NCBI GenBank assembly: GCA_016198755.1
Contig: JACQIB010000001.1
Coordinates: 1 to 64,000 of the forward strand
Source of the DNA: Candidatus Aenigmatarchaeota archaeon
GTDB lineage: Archaea; Aenigmatarchaeota; Aenigmatarchaeia; Aenigmatarchaeales; JACQIB01
Reading direction: 5' to 3'
Length of the DNA: 64,000 bases
This document shows, in pieces, positions 19,875 to 29,927 of the stretch. Position 1 is the stretch's first letter, and every line of letters starts with the position of its first letter. Made by a program: the position numbers and the translations under genes. The notes under the pieces are model-generated. The model was not told the DNA's origin, ran no database searches, and saw nothing but the letters and a program-made list of their open reading frames with translations.

Positions 19875-20144
19875 TTACCGTCTCCGGTTTCTTTGCACAA
19901 CGTTATGTATATACGATTCATTCAAACCTCTCTTTTCTAAGCGCCTTCTGCCCTCTCTTGCTATAATCTCCAGTTCCTTTATAAGATTCTCCTTTGAAGG
20001 CGTTTCTATTTTTTTCAAAACAATCATATCTTTGTTTCCAATAACCGCAAACATCGTGCCATCTGTTGCATGTATTTCCCGCCTCACATCTTGAGGTATT
20101 ACAATCTGACCCCTTGAAGACATTTTTGTTGTTTCCACAGGCAT
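19875..20144 (-). CDS. AbrB/MazE-family antitoxin
   Basis: KMSSRGQIVIPQDVR motif. Confidence 0.88.
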   Translation of the reverse strand: MPVETTKMSSRGQIVIPQDVRREIHATDGTMFAVIGNKDMIVLKKIETPSKENLIKELEIIAREGRRRLEKRGLNESYIHNVVQRNRRR

Positions 20145-20234
20145 ATTATCACCGTTCTTATTATCTTATTATAGGAAAATCTTATATTTAAAGCTTAGCG
20201 TTACTATAAAAGCAATTTCAGCAAAACATTAACC

Positions 20235-21350
20235 ATGTTCAACTTCGTGCAGGCGCAGAAGTTCAAGGATGCTGTGACTTTTGTGCCAAATAAAACAGAG
20301 CCAATACACAACTGGTTTTATTACAAGGAAGGGTTTTCAAAACAGCTGGCAGACTTCTTTATCAAGCAATTCAATCTTACAAACACTTCTCTCGTTTTCG
20401 ATCCATTTATGGGAACAGGCACAACACTCCTCTCATGCAAACAGCAATCAATATCATCCATTGGAATAGATGTAAATCCACTGCTGGTTTTTGTATCAAA
20501 GGTAAAAACAACTGATTATGATTTAGTATCTTTGGAAGAGATAGTGAAAAAGGCTGGCAGCTGGAAGTTTGAAAGACCAAAGGATATTCCAAAAGACCCA
20601 TTTTACAAGAAAGCTTTTTCCCGCTTTTCACTTGAGGATATGGTTTTTCTCAGGAACAAAATAGGTGAGATAGAAAAACCTGAAGAAAGGGAATTCCTTT
20701 TACTTGCTCTAATAGACAGTGCAGTAAAAGGTTCCTATACATACAAGGATGGAGCTGTGCTGAAAATATTCAAAAATCCGCGTCCGCCTGTCAGGAAGCT
20801 TTTCAAGAACAAAATCCACAGGATGCTAAAAGATTTACAGCGCAATCCTTTGCCTAAGGCAATTGCAAAAGCAGAAGATGGGGATGCGCGTTCTTTGCAG
20901 TTAAAAGATGAAATAGTGGACGCGGTTATAACATCTCCCCCATACTTAAACAAAATAGAATATACAAAAGTTTACAGGCTTGAGAATTCTTTATTGGGTT
21001 TAAACTCCCAGCCTATGCTGCCCTCGCATATAGGATCGAAGGCAGAAAGAACAATAGAAGGTTTAGAGAGCCTGCCTATAGCAGCACAAACTTATTTTGC
21101 AGATATGTCTCTTGTTCTGGCAGAGCTGCACAGAGTCTGTAAGCCTTCAGCCCAGCTGGCTGTTGTTGTGGGTGGAGGCTGTTTTCCAACGCAGGCTGTA
21201 AATGCAGATGAAATTTTGGCTTCAACAGCTGAAAAGACTGGCTTTAATGTGGAAAGTATTCTTGTAGCAAGGAACAGCTGGTGCACAAGAGCCAGAACAA
21301 TAAAGGTGGGGCAGATAAGGGAGAGCATTATAATACTCAGGAAGCCCTAA
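20235..21350 (+). CDS. Orphan DNA amino-methyltransferase (probably N4-cytosine)
   Basis: DPFMGTGTT SAM-binding motif followed by the TSPPY catalytic motif. Confidence 0.85.
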   Translation: MFNFVQAQKFKDAVTFVPNKTEPIHNWFYYKEGFSKQLADFFIKQFNLTNTSLVFDPFMGTGTTLLSCKQQSISSIGIDVNPLLVFVSKVKTTDYDLVSLEEIVKKAGSWKFERPKDIPKDPFYKKAFSRFSLEDMVFLRNKIGEIEKPEEREFLLLALIDSAVKGSYTYKDGAVLKIFKNPRPPVRKLFKNKIHRMLKDLQRNPLPKAIAKAEDGDARSLQLKDEIVDAVITSPPYLNKIEYTKVYRLENSLLGLNSQPMLPSHIGSKAERTIEGLESLPIAAQTYFADMSLVLAELHRVCKPSAQLAVVVGGGCFPTQAVNADEILASTAEKTGFNVESILVARNSWCTRARTIKVGQIRESIIILRKP

Positions 21351-21412
21351 AATACAATACTGTTATACTCCCATAGAGATAACTATTTAACCCCCCTTCC
21401 AATACTATTTTC

Positions 21413-22573
21413 ATGAAATACCTTGCTGCAGCCCTTGCTTTAGTAATTTTAGCAGCAGGCTGCACAGGCCAGAGCTTTGGAGTAGATTCTTTAGTAAAGC
21501 AAACACCAGCAGTAAAAAACTTTCTTGCAGACTACCCGAATGCAAAGTTAACTACAAACCTTCTGAACAACCAAACAGTAGCTGCACAGTTAGATAAAAT
21601 AAGGAAAGATTGCGACAATGAGGATTTTCAGGTTAGTAGCTATTATAAAACAGTTCTGACAGATTCTGACTCAAATACAAAATTAACTCTCTGGACAGAT
21701 TCTACAACCTTCGAGGTTGTTTGTGTTATAAAAGAAGGTCTGGGTACAAAATCCACACTCCCGCCAGCAACCCTTCTAAAGTCTGATGGCAATGATTGTT
21801 CTTCCAATCCTGAATGTATAAGCGGATACTGCTTAAACAAGATTTGTTCAACTCCAGGAGCAATTCCAACCACAACTCTAGCAACAACTACAACCACAAC
21901 TAGCACAACCACTGTACCAACAACTACTATTGGAACAACAACCACTGCAAATACTACTACAACAGTGAATGCTACAGTCAATACAGCAACAACCATTTTT
22001 AACGCAACAACAACATCAGCCGGGCAAACAACCACTACATCTCAAGGTCAAACAACAACCACGGCAACAACAACCACTCAGGCAACAACAACCACAGCCA
22101 TGTCATGCCCAACCACAACCACAACGCAGAGCTCATCAACAACACTGTCTCATGGATATTATTACGGGGATTTAGCTATAGATTCATCCCATATATGGAT
22201 AGAGCCAAATTGCCAAGGATGTGGAAATTCCGTGAAAGTTATTGCTGGAGTAAAAAATCTCGGGACAGATTCAGCAGGCGGCAGCATAAACTCTTATCTC
22301 ACAGGAGCTTCATGCCCTTCAAATCCTCAGGCAATAGAATTTGGCAATCTCGCAGCAGCTAGCCAGCACCCAGATATTGATTTTGAAGATAAAACACGAT
22401 ATGTGAATAACGGATGGGTATTTAACTATAATTCTTTGCCTGATGGATTGTACACAGTTCAGATAACTATAATAGGCTCTTCTGATCCTGCAATGGGATC
22501 TCCAGATGTTGACAGTTCAAACAATATTGTCACGAAAACATTCAGGATACCATGTGTTTCCGGTAGTTGTTAA
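21413..22573 (+). CDS. Lipoprotein with a Cys-rich module, Thr-rich linker and CARDB-like domain
   Basis: LAAGC lipobox; CSSNPECISGYCLNKIC; long Thr tract; VKNLG..NNIVTK. Confidence 0.75.
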   Translation: MKYLAAALALVILAAGCTGQSFGVDSLVKQTPAVKNFLADYPNAKLTTNLLNNQTVAAQLDKIRKDCDNEDFQVSSYYKTVLTDSDSNTKLTLWTDSTTFEVVCVIKEGLGTKSTLPPATLLKSDGNDCSSNPECISGYCLNKICSTPGAIPTTTLATTTTTTSTTTVPTTTIGTTTTANTTTTVNATVNTATTIFNATTTSAGQTTTTSQGQTTTTATTTTQATTTTAMSCPTTTTTQSSSTTLSHGYYYGDLAIDSSHIWIEPNCQGCGNSVKVIAGVKNLGTDSAGGSINSYLTGASCPSNPQAIEFGNLAAASQHPDIDFEDKTRYVNNGWVFNYNSLPDGLYTVQITIIGSSDPAMGSPDVDSSNNIVTKTFRIPCVSGSC

Positions 22574-22580
22574 TTTTTTA

Positions 22581-23237
22581 TTAAACACTTCCCTCTGAAA
22601 ACCCATATTCTCCCAGCAATGGAACGAAAGCAAATCTTCCTAAAAACTTCCTTTCAAATTTATTCTTTTCAACTCTTTTAATCAAAATCATTTCCTGTGA
22701 AACCATGTCACCAACAGGGGCAATAGCAAACCCGCCTATTTTTAACTGTTCCAGAAGCGGGCCAGGCACGAAGCGGACAGCAGCAGTAACAATAATCCTG
22801 TCAAATGGAGCTTTATCTTTTAATCCCAGAGAGCCATCTCCCTCAATAACCTCTATGTTCTTTGCTCCAATTCTGTTCAAGTTGTCTTTAGCAATTCTTA
22901 TAAGTGCTTTCAGTCGTTCAGTTGTATAGATTTTCCCTTTCTCCCCAACCAAAACCCCTAAAATAGCAGACTGCCAGCCACTTCCCGTCCCTACCTCGAG
23001 AACATTTTGCCCTTTCTCTACTTTTAATGCTTCTGTCATTAAAACAACAGTAGAAGGCTGGGAAACAGTCTGCCCAAATCCTATATGCACAGGTTCATCT
23101 AAATAGGCATCCTCTTTCCTATCCTCAGGCACAAAAAGCCCTCTTGGGCATTTCCTTATTGCCTCTTCCAGAGGTTTGCTTTTCAAAAATCCATGCTTTT
23201 TAATCTCTCCTATTAGCCTTTCCAACCCCTCACTCAT
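22581..23237 (-). CDS. pcm: Protein-L-isoaspartate O-methyltransferase
   Basis: GQTVSQP, VLEVGTGSGW, APFDRIIVTAA and FVPL motifs. Confidence 0.95.
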   Translation of the reverse strand: MSEGLERLIGEIKKHGFLKSKPLEEAIRKCPRGLFVPEDRKEDAYLDEPVHIGFGQTVSQPSTVVLMTEALKVEKGQNVLEVGTGSGWQSAILGVLVGEKGKIYTTERLKALIRIAKDNLNRIGAKNIEVIEGDGSLGLKDKAPFDRIIVTAAVRFVPGPLLEQLKIGGFAIAPVGDMVSQEMILIKRVEKNKFERKFLGRFAFVPLLGEYGFSEGSV

Positions 23238-23297
23238 ACCTTCTCTATCTGATAGCAGTTTTATAAGCCTTCCTGCAGAATACTCTTTGCGATATTC

Positions 23298-23672
23298 ATG
23301 GACCAGCCACAGCCTGCAAAGAGTAAATGGGGATTCAAGTTTCCTACACTTACAAAGAAAGATAAGATAGGCATAGTCCTTTTGCTTATTTTTCTTATTC
23401 TTATCAATATTCCAGCTTATTTTTCTACTGGTAAATGCGAGGTTGCAAGAGCAGGTTTCAAGTGCGCAAAGTTTACTGATGTACTAAAGGAAAACTGTGA
23501 AGTCTGGGCAAACTATAGCTGTAACACAGCAGCAGATGTTTCCTTCCCTTCTGTGGAATGGTATATTGGAAACATGTGCAGGCTTCAAAGCCAAAACCAT
23601 GGCGGTATTACTTGTACAAACCTGAAAGAAACCTGCAATTCTATTTTGCAAAAGCAGGCCTGCTCAGCCTAA
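23298..23672 (+). CDS. Membrane-anchored Cys-rich hypothetical protein
   Basis: TM helix followed by eight Cys residues. Confidence 0.6.
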   Translation: MDQPQPAKSKWGFKFPTLTKKDKIGIVLLLIFLILINIPAYFSTGKCEVARAGFKCAKFTDVLKENCEVWANYSCNTAADVSFPSVEWYIGNMCRLQSQNHGGITCTNLKETCNSILQKQACSA

Positions 23673-24007
23673 CGCCCTGCAACTTTTTCTCCCGTTTCTA
23701 GATCAATAGCGCGAAAAGCTGCAGCAGGACACGAGTCACACATGCATTTTGCTTCGTTCCTCACATCCCTCACATTTTCATCAACAATAACCTCAAAAAT
23801 GCCAGGTTCAGTTTCCTTTCCCCCTATAAGGTCTACCTTGTTGTCAGCTTGGTTTAGAACAACCAAATGTGGAGCTATAGGTGTGCAAACATCAGCTCCA
23901 ACACATTTGTTTCTATTGTAAAGGATTTTGTACTTTCTGGGTTTTGTATCCTTATCTTTGGTAGCCAATATCGTTGAATCGAATATAGCAGGTTTTTTCT
24001 CAAACAT
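23669..24007 (-). CDS. Ferredoxin (probably 3Fe-4S type)
   Basis: CVGADVC...CP pattern. Confidence 0.75.
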   Translation of the reverse strand: MFEKKPAIFDSTILATKDKDTKPRKYKILYNRNKCVGADVCTPIAPHLVVLNQADNKVDLIGGKETEPGIFEVIVDENVRDVRNEAKCMCDSCPAAAFRAIDLETGEKVAGR

Positions 24008-24047
24008 AAACTAATCTTTGCCTGCCACACTTATAAATATAACACTG

Positions 24048-24491
24048 TTATAAAACTTTAAGCCCTCCCAACAAATCAGTTGAGTGTCCATCAGCCTTAA
24101 CATCAGAATCCACATAAACCACTTTTCCATTCTTTACAACAAAAGTAACTCTTTTAGCAGCTATCAGCGCAGGCACACCAAAAGCTTTGCAGATTTTCTT
24201 TTCCTTATCAGAGAGCAGTGGAAAATTCAGCTTATACTTTTCCACAAACTTTTTATGGCTCTCAACAGAATCTGTGCTGACCCCGAAAACTTTTACTCCT
24301 AATTTTTTAAATTGCTCAATATCGTTCCTAAATCCGCAAGCCTCTCTAGTACAGCCTGGCGTGTTATCACGCGGGTAAAAGTAAACAATTGTTGTTCCTT
24401 TGAAATCTAATTTCTGCAGTTTTCCCTCTTGATCAAAAGCTTCCAAAGGATTTACATCCTCACCTTCCTTTAGCATACAAAAACTAGGCAT
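24048..24491 (-). CDS. bcp: Peroxiredoxin Bcp
   Basis: YFYPRDNTPGCTREAC motif. Confidence 0.92.
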   Translation of the reverse strand: MPSFCMLKEGEDVNPLEAFDQEGKLQKLDFKGTTIVYFYPRDNTPGCTREACGFRNDIEQFKKLGVKVFGVSTDSVESHKKFVEKYKLNFPLLSDKEKKICKAFGVPALIAAKRVTFVVKNGKVVYVDSDVKADGHSTDLLGGLKVL

Positions 24492-24529
24492 TTACTAAAT
24501 TTAAATGTAAAATAACATTAATATCTTCC

Positions 24530-25330
24530 ATGAAATTGCTCTGTTTCAATCCACACAATGACGATACAATTATCGGGGCCGGTGGGACTGTAATAAAGCT
24601 CCTGAGAAAAGGCTGGAAAATAGGGTATGTTTACATAACAGACGGGAGGTATGGAAGCGATATTTTAACCCCGGAAGAAACAGAAAAAATAAGGGCAGAA
24701 GAAGCAAAAAAAGAGAGGAAAATTTTAGGCATAGAAAATTTCTGGAATATGGAAATAGAAGATGGAACACTGGAAAAGTTATCAGCAGGTGAGATAGAAA
24801 GTCTAGAAAAGAAAATCCTAACTATTATATCAGATTTCAGTCCAGACTTCATCCTTATCCCCTCCCTCTCCGAGCTCCATCCAGACCATAGATCAACTCA
24901 CAATATAGTTTACAATCTTGTAAAATCCAATAAGCTCGAGATTCCTGTACTAAAGTATCTTGTATGGTCACTTCCGGATTTTTTCAAGAAAAACTATGAC
25001 TTAGCTGAAAAGGCAATAATAGTAAACATAGACAAGGAATTTGAGGACAAAATAAAAATACTAAAGCTCCATTCCTCGCAAGACAGTGAAGGGAGGTATA
25101 CAAAGATAGTATACCATTTTAATTCCTACATCTCTCTCGTTTTTAAAACATACAAAAATCTGGACTTTGATAAAAGCGAGATAATTGGTATTTTTAACCT
25201 ATTGGAAAAAAACAAAGTATCCTTAGAAAATCTCCTAAAAGACCTGGAAAATCCAACAGACGTTACAATAATGTTCCATGGAAGGCAGGAAAAGAAGATA
25301 AAAGCCCAGCTGGGGGATGACTTTGGATAA
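24530..25330 (+). CDS. PIG-L/LmbE family deacetylase
   Basis: PHNDD, TDG, HPDH and HSSQ motifs. Confidence 0.88.
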   Translation: MKLLCFNPHNDDTIIGAGGTVIKLLRKGWKIGYVYITDGRYGSDILTPEETEKIRAEEAKKERKILGIENFWNMEIEDGTLEKLSAGEIESLEKKILTIISDFSPDFILIPSLSELHPDHRSTHNIVYNLVKSNKLEIPVLKYLVWSLPDFFKKNYDLAEKAIIVNIDKEFEDKIKILKLHSSQDSEGRYTKIVYHFNSYISLVFKTYKNLDFDKSEIIGIFNLLEKNKVSLENLLKDLENPTDVTIMFHGRQEKKIKAQLGDDFG

Positions 25331-25553
25331 AGAAACTTTTACTAAGTACGCAGCAGAAATATGCATACTTTTGGGTCTTCTCCTTATCCTCTACTTTTCT
25401 TTTGTTTTGGGTTTTGTTCAAGCATTTTCAAACATGTTTTCCCATATTGTAAAGGACTTTACAATCGAACTCTCAGACCACCTGTACATAGCAGGCTGGC
25501 TGCTTCTTATCTATGGATTGTACAAGCTGGCAGGAAAGAGGTTTTTATCCTAA
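25317..25553 (+). CDS. Small two-TM membrane protein
   Basis: Hydrophobic profile; operon position. Confidence 0.6.
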   Translation: MTLDKETFTKYAAEICILLGLLLILYFSFVLGFVQAFSNMFSHIVKDFTIELSDHLYIAGWLLLIYGLYKLAGKRFLS

Positions 25554-25571
25554 CCCTGCCTATATAATAAC

Positions 25572-26789
25572 ATGCCAAAGAAGACTCTTCTTGTAGTTTT
25601 GAGTGGAATAGGGGACGGGTTGGTGGAAGGCAGGGAAACATCTCTTCAGAGAGCTGCAAAGCCAACTTTAGATATTATAGCAAAGAACGGCTACTCTGGT
25701 TTGGTTGAAAACAACCTTCCCAACCCAAGCACAGAGCTTTCCCTATTCTCTCTTTTAGGTTATAATTCAGAATATCCTGGAGACGGGTTGGTAGAAGCTC
25801 TTTCAGTCCACCCAAACCTTATAGAAGGCGATGTTCTTGTACGCGCAAACTTCTGCACCGTGCGCGAACAGATAGGTGAAGTAGCGCAGGGAGAGTTTGA
25901 ACCCAGATTGGTTGTAGAAGAGCCCTGGGCAGGCAGGGAGAAAGAAGGGTTGATTGAGCTTTCAAAATCAATAGAAAACATGCTTATAGACGGAGTAAAG
26001 GTAGAGTTTCATAAAACTCTTGGATACCGTGGGTTTGTTTTAATCAGGAACATAGACGTTAAGCCAAACATAACAGATACATATTCAGAAACAGTTGGTT
26101 CACCAGTAAAAATTGTAAAACCTACAGCTCAGGATTCGGGTTCTGTTAGAACAGCAGCAACCCTGAATAAATGGCTTTTGGAAGTCTGGAAACTGTTAAA
26201 AGACCATCCAGCAAACAGGAACAGGCGCTACCCTGCAAACTTTTTACTTTTAAAAGGCGCATCCACACCAATTCCATTTCCTCCATTTTACCAGAAAACA
26301 GGATTAAAGGGAAATATGGTTTCAGGTTTGCCAAGTCCCAAAGGATTAGCCAAGCTTTTGGGAATGAACGTGACAGAAGTGCATGGTGCAAATGCTAGCA
26401 CAGATACAAACCTGAGGGATAAAACTTTGGCTGCGCTAGATGGCCTACGATTACATAATTTTTCTATCCTACACATTTCCGGCTTTGATCGCTGCAGCCA
26501 TGAAAGGAACCCAAACCTGAAAAGAGCCTTTATAGAGAAAGTTGACAACGAGGTTTTCAGGAGAATAATGGAGTACATAAACCTGAAAACCACAAACTTG
26601 GTTGTTGTTTCAGACCACTGCACTCCTGTTCAGACTGGAGTACACGAAGCAGGCAAATTCCCATTTGCTATTGCAGGTGCAGGAATAAAGCCAAACTCTG
26701 TTTCCAGCTTTAATGAGAACAGCTGCAAAGCAGGTCCGTTGGTTTCCATAGAAAACTTCATGGAAGAAATCCTGAAATTCTCAGGCTAA
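25572..26789 (+). CDS. apgM: BPG-independent phosphoglycerate mutase-like protein (divergent)
   Basis: SLLGY, RANF, PANFLL and SDH motifs; the first metal-ligand Asp is replaced. Confidence 0.75.
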   Translation: MPKKTLLVVLSGIGDGLVEGRETSLQRAAKPTLDIIAKNGYSGLVENNLPNPSTELSLFSLLGYNSEYPGDGLVEALSVHPNLIEGDVLVRANFCTVREQIGEVAQGEFEPRLVVEEPWAGREKEGLIELSKSIENMLIDGVKVEFHKTLGYRGFVLIRNIDVKPNITDTYSETVGSPVKIVKPTAQDSGSVRTAATLNKWLLEVWKLLKDHPANRNRRYPANFLLLKGASTPIPFPPFYQKTGLKGNMVSGLPSPKGLAKLLGMNVTEVHGANASTDTNLRDKTLAALDGLRLHNFSILHISGFDRCSHERNPNLKRAFIEKVDNEVFRRIMEYINLKTTNLVVVSDHCTPVQTGVHEAGKFPFAIAGAGIKPNSVSSFNENSCKAGPLVSIENFMEEILKFSG

Positions 26790-27244
26790 GACTTTTTATC
26801 CAACCACCCTGAAATATAGCCCCTATATTTTTGTTTAATTTTTGCAGGCAAGAAACTATATCCCTTTATAATCTTCCTGCACCCTTTAGAGCCGCACCTG
26901 CATTTCATAGACCACTCGCTGTCTTCAGACATGGCATAATCAAAAGTCAATTCTTCTCCCTTCCTTATATTCACCATAGCAACAATTTTTATGGTTCCTC
27001 TAATCCCGCAATTTGGGTTACATGAGTGGTTGATAAATTTCGAATCATCGCTGATTACCAGCCATTTATTGTTGCCGATCTGTACGCTGTGGTTTTCATC
27101 ATATTTTGATATAAACCTAAAGTCCTCCAAAGAGCGGGCTTTGCCTTCAAAAACTAAAACCACACCATCTTTTTTTATATCATTCTTTGCAAACAGGCCT
27201 TTTCCAAACCTGGATTTTCCCACACAAACATCTTTGTTTATCAT
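26786..27244 (-). CDS. SET-domain protein with a post-SET Cys motif
   Basis: GKGLFA, FINHSCNPN, GEELTFDY and CRCGSKGCRK motifs. Confidence 0.92.
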   Translation of the reverse strand: MINKDVCVGKSRFGKGLFAKNDIKKDGVVLVFEGKARSLEDFRFISKYDENHSVQIGNNKWLVISDDSKFINHSCNPNCGIRGTIKIVAMVNIRKGEELTFDYAMSEDSEWSMKCRCGSKGCRKIIKGYSFLPAKIKQKYRGYISGWLDKKS

Positions 27245-27294
27245 AACACCAGTTTACCTTATGGTTTTTAATAAGGTTTTGGAAATCGGAGCTT

Positions 27295-27311
27295 GCGCAA
27301 GGTTTAAATAC
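27295..27311 (+). promoter_or_regulatory. Putative BRE/TATA promoter of the 23S rRNA transcript
   Basis: GCGCAAGG-TTTAAATA upstream of a structured non-coding leader. Confidence 0.5.
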
Positions 27312-27794
27312 CTTCGGCTCACAGTAAAATACCTGTAGAAATGGTGGCTTTGTATGTTGAACCAATAAAGTGGCATTGGAAAACTTAACTTAGGCTTAAA
27401 AAAGCCTCTTTTTCTCGTGGTTCCCCTCAGGAGCTTTGTGCTATAACTGTGGTCCACGGTGTTTTTCCTTGTTGCAGAAATGCAGCATGCTATCATAGTC
27501 CTTAACAGGACTGGCACATACCGTACGTGCCAACAGCCCTCAATGAATTCAAGTAACGCGGCTGAGCCGAAAGGCAATGACATGCCCATGGGGTATATAA
27601 GAGGGTGCAAAAAAACCGGGCAGTGAAGAAACAAAACTGTCTCTTTGAGCAAAAAGCGATGAAAAAAACAAATGACGTTTCGAGCCCGTAAGCAGATGCT
27701 CATTCGAACCTGGGAGTTCGGGTGTAAGGGCAAATAGGAAGCGATGAAAGGTTTAGAACACCTATTGAGCTTTCAAGATCTTTATGATCGATGA

Positions 27795-27831
27795 TGCCAA
27801 CAGAGGAAAGAGGAAAGGGTCTGGAACATCA
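27795..27831 (+). other. 5' arm of the pre-23S processing stem with a canonical BHB
   Basis: TGCCAACAGAGGAAA-GAGG-AAA-GGGTCTGGA pairs with TCCAGACCC-CCTT-AAG-TTTCCTCTGTTGGCA at 32936-32966. Confidence 0.9.
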
Positions 27832-29071
27832 CAATAAAGGATACTGTATGGTGGATGACTCGGCATGGGTTACCGATGAAGAGCGTAGCAAGCTGCGATA
27901 AGCCTGGGTGAGACGCAAGCAGTCTTAGAACCCGGGATTCTCCAATGCGACCTCGCGCCAGTTTAGGCTGGCATTCGCATACAGAAATGTTTGCGAAAGG
28001 GAACCCGCTGAATTAAAGCATTTTAATAAGCGGAGGAAGAAAAATCAAACGAGATGCCGCTATTAGCAGCGAGCGAAAACGGCAGAGACCAACCCGAATC
28101 TTTTTGTGTAAGCAGGAAGAGATGTGGGGCCAGGTACAATCTTTCTTTCGACCTGAAGTTCCGTGGAACACGGGTGCCATAGAAGGTGAAAGTCCTGTAA
28201 GGGAAAAAAGAAAGATTGATTCTGGAGGAAGAGTACCATTCCCCGATTCGGGAGTGGGAATATGGGGGTCATCAATCTCCAAGTCTAAACATAAACCATG
28301 GCCGATAGCGAAAGAAGTACGGTGACGGAATGTTGAAAAGAATTCTTCACCGAAGATGAAAAGAACCTGAAACCATACAGTGATAGTCGCCCATGGCGCG
28401 AAAGGTGCCCTTGTGAAGGAAAACTGCGTGAGCAGTGTGTACGAACAGGGGCTTACAGCGTTATGGGGTTCGTTTCGAAACACGTGGTAGGGAGTTTGCT
28501 TTCCTGGCGAGCTTAAGCTGTAAAACGGCGAAAGCGTAGCGAAAGCGATTGCACGCAGCCCGCAAGGGTCAGGTGCAAGGTTCGAAAGAGCCTGTAGTCA
28601 GGGGGGCAAGACCCGAAACCTTTCGATCTTACCCTGGGCAGGATGAAGTGCGGCGAAAGCTGCATGGAGGTCCGATACCGATGCTAGCGCTAACTTCTCC
28701 AGCAGGAGAAGCTTCCAAGAAAAATCTGATTGGAGGAGGTGCAACCTGCTCGGGTGACCTGGGGTAAGGGGTGAAAAGCCAATCGAGAAAGGTAATAGCT
28801 GGTTCCTCTCGAAATGTCCCTCAGGACAGCCTCGCTGGAGGCAGCTTGTGGGGTAAAGCACTGATTGGGGTGTTAAGGTGGGAAACCGCCGGCACGCCTG
28901 TCAGACTCATAACCTGCAAGCACCGTAGAAGGCGGGAGTGAGGGTACCTGGGTAAGCTAGGTATCCGAAGCGGGAACAACCGCGCCTGAGGTTAAGGTCC
29001 CTAAATGATAACTAAGTCACAAAAGTGGTGTCAGTCCAAAGACAGACGGGGCGTAGGCTTAGAAGCAGCCA

Positions 29072-29927
29072 ATTTGAGTAGTAATCTATACTTTAGAATA
29101 CGAAAATCAATAAAAGGAAGATTGATTAATAGAATAAAGTGCACAAACTACCGCCAAAAAATCCGAAAATCGCGTTGAAGACTGTTAACCTGCAAGGGTT
29201 AACAGCTTTTAGAAAAACTAAGCCTACGATACCCAATTACATAAATCCGCAACTAGCATATCTGGCGGGAGCACTAAGAGATGGTACAATTTCAAAAACT
29301 ACAGGGCCGTATGGCACAAAATACTATCTAGCAATATGCAATAAAGACAAGATATGGCTTGATAGTGTAATACGGCCTACCATAGAAACAATATTCAACA
29401 TAAAACTTGGGAAAATACTGAAAGACAGACAAAAACACCAAATCAGAATAAGAAAATATGGGATAGTGCAATTCTTGGCAGATTTGTTCCAACATCCATA
29501 TGGTAAACAAACCTTATGGAAAACCCCAAAGATCATAGAGGATTCGCATAAAGAAATAAAAAAATGGTTCTTGCGAGGATTCTATGATTCTGAAGGAGGT
29601 TGTGGGAACATAACAAAATTGTATAATAAATATCCGTGGCACAGTCCATTTCCTATCAGATTCCATTCTGGATGGATAAATGAAAAAGAATGTCCTCCAC
29701 TGGATTCTATTAGGTATATATTGACTGAAGATTTTGGTATAAAATGTTCGCCTGTTATCTTTTCTAAGAGATATAAAACAGGCAGATACAAAACTCAAGT
29801 AAAAATGTTTTATATAAAAATTACAGATAAAGAACAAAAATTGAAATTCATTAAAACCATAGGTAGCTCAAATCCAACCAAATTTAAAGAACTATTATTT
29901 TTGAAAGGATTGCTGCTCAAAGCTGAA
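29072..29927 (+). mobile_element. 23S intron 1 (856 nt, ~E. coli 1077/1078), homing-endonuclease intron
   Basis: BHB: CAGC-CA|A / GCTG-AA|C; 15-bp terminal stem TTTGAGTAGTAATCT/GGATTGCTGCTCAAA. Confidence 0.9.
29139..29927 (+). CDS. Double-motif LAGLIDADG homing endonuclease; the linear ORF runs on into the exon to 30068
   Basis: LAYLAGALRDG and FLRGFYDSEGG motifs; AT-rich. Confidence 0.88.

Noticed and set aside
20235-21350. Restriction-modification system
   Set aside because: No endonuclease is adjacent; treated as an orphan methyltransferase
21860-22150. ACA/ACC-rich low-complexity tract and the Val-rich antisense ORF 21643-22035
   Set aside because: Explained by the Thr-rich linker of the lipoprotein; the antisense ORF is its shadow
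27680-27735. 5S rRNA, SRP or RNase P RNA in the leader (CATTCGAACCTGGGAGTT resembles a 5S motif)
   Set aside because: The rest of the 5S fold and the SRP/RNase P signatures could not be found
27254-28861. ORF-track calls in the 23S leader and 5' domains (e.g. 27254-27733, 28013-28483, 28598-28861)
   Set aside because: They overlap rRNA or its structured leader and have no protein motifs
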